A stretch of DNA of 64,000 nucleotides from Bacteroidia bacterium (GTDB taxonomy: Bacteria > Bacteroidota > Bacteroidia > AKYH767-A > OLB10), in NCBI GenBank assembly GCA_038215705.1, contig JBBQQQ010000003.1, positions 69,575 through 133,574 on the forward strand, given 5' to 3'. Under the pieces are notes generated by a model. That model made no database searches. It saw only the letters and a list, made by a program, of their open reading frames with translations, and had not been told where the DNA came from. Position numbers and translations under genes: made by a program. Positions 61,601 through 64,000 of the stretch are shown piece by piece. Position 1 is the first letter of the stretch. The number at the start of each line of letters is the position of its first letter.

Positions 61601-62680
61601 GGATTAACTTCAACCCCAGTTCAGGGATTCATTAGCAGCACCGGTACAGGCAGGGTTCGATGGAATACCAATACCACCAGTACTTATATTTTCCCACTGG
61701 GATCAAGTATAGGCAATCCGCGTTTCCGTCCTATAGGTTTAAAACCTACCAATACTTCACTGAATACCTTTGCAGCACGTTTTGTAAATAATGATCCAAC
61801 AATTGATGGATATCCAATTACTGTTAAAGATGCAAACATCGGCAACATCAATCCTTACTGGTATCAAAAAATAAACAGTCTGACCGGCACAACCGATCCG
61901 GATGTCACATTATATTTTGACAATATTGCCGATAACATTGCACCACTACCTACACTCATTATGGCGCAATGGGCCTGGAATGCTCCTCCCGTCCAGTGGA
62001 GAGCAATTTCCGGTGTTATCATTGGCGGAGCCGCATCTCCCACGCTCTCCAGTGTTACAAAAGCTGCATGGATTTCATTTGACACTGAAAATTTCAACCT
62101 TGCACCCGAATCCACTCCGTTACCTGTTGAATTAATCAGCTTTACCGGAATGTGTAAACCCGGAGGTATTATTGTAAAATGGATAACTGCTTCAGAAACC
62201 AATAACGATTATTTCAAACTTGAAGCAAGCAGTGATGGAATCAACTTCAATGAAGTATCGATCCGTAAAGGAGCAGGAACGAAAAGTACCTCTACGGAAT
62301 ATACAGTTTTTGATACCTCTGCTGATACGTACAAAGCGAAATATTACAGATTGAAACAATTTGATTTTGACGGATCTGAAAATGAGTCGAAAATAATTCT
62401 GGTTGACTGTTCAAGGCAATCTGCTTCTTCCACCGAAATTTCAATTTTCCCCAATCCTACTTATAACGATTTAAATGTGCTGATCAACCAGACGTTTTCC
62501 GGCAAAACTAAAATCAGCATTGTAAATGTTTTAGGTCAGATTGTTTTTTCAAACGAATATTCTCTTGAATCCGGCCTTCAGCAAATCAAATTAAATCTGG
62601 GTGAATTTGCTCCTGATCTGTACCAGGTGGTAATTGAAAGTGATGATTACCGGAAAGTCTGGAAGATTGTGAAGGAATAG
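58601..62680 (+). CDS. Large T9SS-secreted protein: IPT/TIG + metzincin-like Zn-peptidase motif + 4 PKD domains + beta-rich region + type-A CTD
   Basis: 1359 aa with a signal peptide. HELGHSHQLGH (HExxHxxxxxH) is preceded by a matrixin-like FERALQTW segment. Four PKD repeats (..TFTDQSTG.PTSW.W.FPGG..). C-terminal sorting domain ISIFPNPTYNDLNV...DLYQVVI. Confidence 0.8.
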   Translation: MRILLIKMKLSLLTIAVCLFVSGDILAQCMSYHVPLHQKVMNSSVIIEGKIISKSSFWNPASDFIYTSNVIEVYKVFKGGITASQVEIITEGGTIGNSMIVAEPSLQLNVNDIGVFFMIPAGQLNPSSPRPAALQFEGYASNQSLVRYDMKSLEAIEPFTVYTDITTDIYQYITTTLNQNYSEIIPFNVFQPSNSGPSGNPVPMAFPTITSITSPSTAGTFSLVTVNGNNFGAGPYGGSRALEFRDANNGGAGFIPTPANHIISWTNTSIQAWVPTQAGSGNIRVTNDLGESTISAVTITINYNESNVNSGGVYYQPDLINDNGIGGYNFVYNTTFNGNAAAVASFERALQTWRCGTFVNFNKTGTTPTSCQALDGTNLVTFDGACALPAGVLGVSYSYYSACGFGIWYLNENDLKFRTNGTGGINWNYGPAPTAGGLFDFESVSLHELGHSHQLGHTIVPVTVMNYAVAPNTDRRTLTPVSETAGGNDIMSRSVVNNSCAPTAMVALNASNCSINAPIANFTGTPLSGCNSLTVTFTDQSTGTPTSWNWSFPGGVPAAFAGQNPPPVLYGAPGNYTVTLSVSNASGNDTETKTNYVVVNNCPPPVADFSGTPQSVCTGQQVYFVDLSTNSPTSWSWTFPGGAPGASSAQNPAVFYAAPGVYDVTLTATNPYGSGSVTKIGYITVGNCPVPPVANFSGSPTTLCAGGTVSFTDLSANSPNSWQWTFPGGTPATSIGQNPVVTYNTAGTYAVTLIASNGAGSNTATFSGYITVNVCAPPVVAFTGWPTTVCTGSSVSFADQSTNSPSSWAWTFPGGTPAASAVQNPVITYNVAGNYNVTLQATNSFGNNSLTKTTYITVATCPAFGSGLIVNDGSLIHVEPNALVTIQGGLINRDNTAANIGRVDNWGLITLTGDWTNNSSLNAFINSSPGTTELMGAAQTITGSTTTNFYNLSLTGSGIKTLTINTVAEGTLALNDRELATQGNWMHVTNAAPTAITRTGGLTSTPVQGFISSTGTGRVRWNTNTTSTYIFPLGSSIGNPRFRPIGLKPTNTSLNTFAARFVNNDPTIDGYPITVKDANIGNINPYWYQKINSLTGTTDPDVTLYFDNIADNIAPLPTLIMAQWAWNAPPVQWRAISGVIIGGAASPTLSSVTKAAWISFDTENFNLAPESTPLPVELISFTGMCKPGGIIVKWITASETNNDYFKLEASSDGINFNEVSIRKGAGTKSTSTEYTVFDTSADTYKAKYYRLKQFDFDGSENESKIILVDCSRQSASSTEISIFPNPTYNDLNVLINQTFSGKTKISIVNVLGQIVFSNEYSLESGLQQIKLNLGEFAPDLYQVVIESDDYRKVWKIVKE

Positions 62681-62835
62681 AATATATGGAAAAAGACATT
62701 AAGACATTAAGACATCAGGTCACTGAGTTATGGTGTTAGCTTAAAGTTAAACACAAGGTTGGAGGATTCTATTTTAAGGATACTTTTTATCAAGCAGGGA
62801 AGCATTGAAACCGCGTGAATAATAGATTTTCGTGC

Positions 62836-63100
62836 CACTCCGTCACTCGTCTCTCCGAGCCGGGCAAGCTTGTCACTTGTCACTTGTCACTTGTCACTTG
62901 TCACTTGTCACTTGTCACTTGTCACTTGTCACTTGTCACTTGTCACTTGTTACCCGTCTCTCCGAGCCGGGCAGGCTTGTCACTTGTCACTTGTCACTTG
63001 TCACTTGTCACTTGTCACTTGTCACTTGTCACCCGTCTCCCCGAGCCGGGCAGGCTTGTCACTCGCCACCCGCCACTCGCCACTCGCCACTCGTCACTTT
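62836..63100. repeat. Composite heptanucleotide tandem-repeat array: 3 x core CCCGTCTCTCCGAGCCGGGCAGGCTTG each followed by (TCACTTG)n
   Basis: About 30 CACTTGT units, with CACTCGC variants at the end, read directly from the sequence. Ends in CTTTATGATGC. Confidence 0.9.
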
Positions 63101-63120
63101 CCATTGTAACTTTATGATGC

Positions 63121-63149
63121 AAAAAAGCCGCTCTAACCAGGAGCGGCTT
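63121..63149 (-). terminator. Rho-independent terminator
   Basis: On the minus strand, AAGCCGCTC-loop-GAGCGGCTT followed by a T6 run, downstream of the 63196 gene. Confidence 0.7.
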
Positions 63150-63195
63150 AAATTGCTGCCTGGTTGACTTCAGACAGCTCACTGAACTACACAAT

Positions 63196-64000
63196 TTATC
63201 TTCGAATAACCTCAAACTTTTTATAAATGAGGCCTTTTTCTGTTTTGATAGCCAGGAAATAAAAACCCTGGGAAAATGATGTGGTAGCAATTTTGATTGC
63301 TGAACCCTTATTTTCGGAAGTGGCGACGAGCAGTCCTATATGATTATATATTTCATAACCTGTAATATCAGCTACTCCGGAACGTACGAACAATTGTTCA
63401 TTGGCAGGATTAGGATAAACTGAAATAGAATTTTCTATCTCTGCCAGTTCATTGATTCCAACAGAAGCTGCTGTGTCAATCACAATAGAATCAATTTCCG
63501 TATTGATCAATAATTGATATTCTGATGCAGTGATTGCTTTAATGTCACTCAGCACAATTGGCATGGTAACTTTGGCACCGACATTGTCGACAATCACAAT
63601 TCCTAACCGTGCAAGAAAACCGAAACCGCTTAAATTCTGCTGATCATTTCTTACAAGTGCCATGTCAATTTTACCCTGTGACATAAGATCTTTATGGAAA
63701 GCAATCAGGTCGACCTGTGCATCACCTAACCAGCAACCGGTGTAATCAACATCGAGATAATTGGATGCTATAAGGCTGGTATCGATGTTGACCGTAAACG
63801 CAATACCATAAATACTGTCAACAGGTAATGCAGAAGTACCCAAGAAAATATCTATTTCGCAGGTGTCGCTCAGGTAAGCAGTATCGGGGTTAGCAACAAG
63901 ATATAATACGGGTGCGGGTAATTGGCTGGTTACAGGATTTGATAATCGTGGTGCATGGAAAAATCCATAGTTTAAAGAGACTGCTGTTGTATCATCAGCG
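63196..64000 (-). CDS. T9SS type-A CTD-containing secreted protein (partial, N-terminus beyond window edge)
   Basis: C-terminal SVYPNPANEQLFV...GFYFLAIK sorting domain. My manual translation of the frame shows it stays open from 63843 to 64000, so the ORF-track Met (a TTG) is internal. Confidence 0.65.
   Translation of the reverse strand, partial: ADDTTAVSLNYGFFHAPRLSNPVTSQLPAPVLYLVANPDTAYLSDTCEIDIFLGTSALPVDSIYGIAFTVNIDTSLIASNYLDVDYTGCWLGDAQVDLIAFHKDLMSQGKIDMALVRNDQQNLSGFGFLARLGIVIVDNVGAKVTMPIVLSDIKAITASEYQLLINTEIDSIVIDTAASVGINELAEIENSISVYPNPANEQLFVRSGVADITGYEIYNHIGLLVATSENKGSAIKIATTSFSQGFYFLAIKTEKGLIYKKFEVIRR

Noticed and set aside
55790-62680. Prophage or integrated element next to the tRNA cluster
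   Set aside because: A tail-fibre/S74 domain is present, but there is no integrase, capsid, portal or terminase, and I saw no attachment-site duplication of a tRNA 3' end. It is treated as domesticated fibre-like genes.
62815-63167. Three overlapping + strand ORFs encoding LSLVTCH heptad repeats
   Set aside because: Translation artefacts of the CACTTGT heptanucleotide array: 7 nt x 3 keeps every frame open. There is no start context, and the same region is open in all frames.

Overview
This window looks like a chromosomal segment of a Bacteroidota genome, not a mobile island. It is mostly housekeeping genes with several T9SS cargo genes. The Bacteroidota assignment rests on a fused lpxC/fabZ gene, T9SS C-terminal sorting domains, a PorX-type regulator and TAnnTTTG-type -7 promoter boxes.

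Gene order, left to right:
- obg, a PAP2 phosphatase, crcB, a phosphoribosyltransferase, an alpha/beta hydrolase, a PafA-like alkaline phosphatase, and convergent aroA-aroB.
- Proline dehydrogenase, alanine dehydrogenase, tsaE, and a PorX-like response regulator with a PglZ domain.
- An HD-hydrolase-lpxD-lpxC/fabZ-lpxA-ABC ATPase cluster.
- A block of secreted T9SS cargo genes: a tiny type-B CTD-only protein, two very large paralogous LamG/Ig-repeat/FN3 proteins (1533 and 1909 aa) with a small FN3-CTD protein between them, each with its own hairpin terminator.
- A DUF1343 (NamZ-like) protein, a LolE/FtsX-like permease, cystathionine beta-synthase, a BtuF-like binding protein, a patatin-like phospholipase fused to an outer-membrane barrel, and a GT2 gene paired with a polytopic membrane protein.
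- The classical DUF3467-rpoC-rpoB-rplL-rplJ-rplA-rplK-nusG-secE-tRNA-Trp-tuf-tRNA-Thr-tRNA-Gly-tRNA-Tyr-tRNA-Thr array, all on the minus strand, in the same order as E. coli thrU-tyrU-glyT-thrT-tufB.
- Two tail-fiber-like proteins, one with a phage-type S74 intramolecular chaperone domain, then a 1359-aa metzincin-like multi-PKD T9SS protein and a partial CTD protein at the right edge.

The parts most worth a second look are:
- an 850-aa uncharacterised module shared by the two giant cargo paralogs;
- a conserved AAACCCT..AGGGTTT palindrome upstream of both paralogs, plus phased TTGGGTGAA repeats upstream of the first;
- a family of heptanucleotide tandem-repeat elements at five intergenic sites;
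- the GT2 plus candidate GT-C membrane protein pair.

I found no CRISPR array, integrase or transposase.
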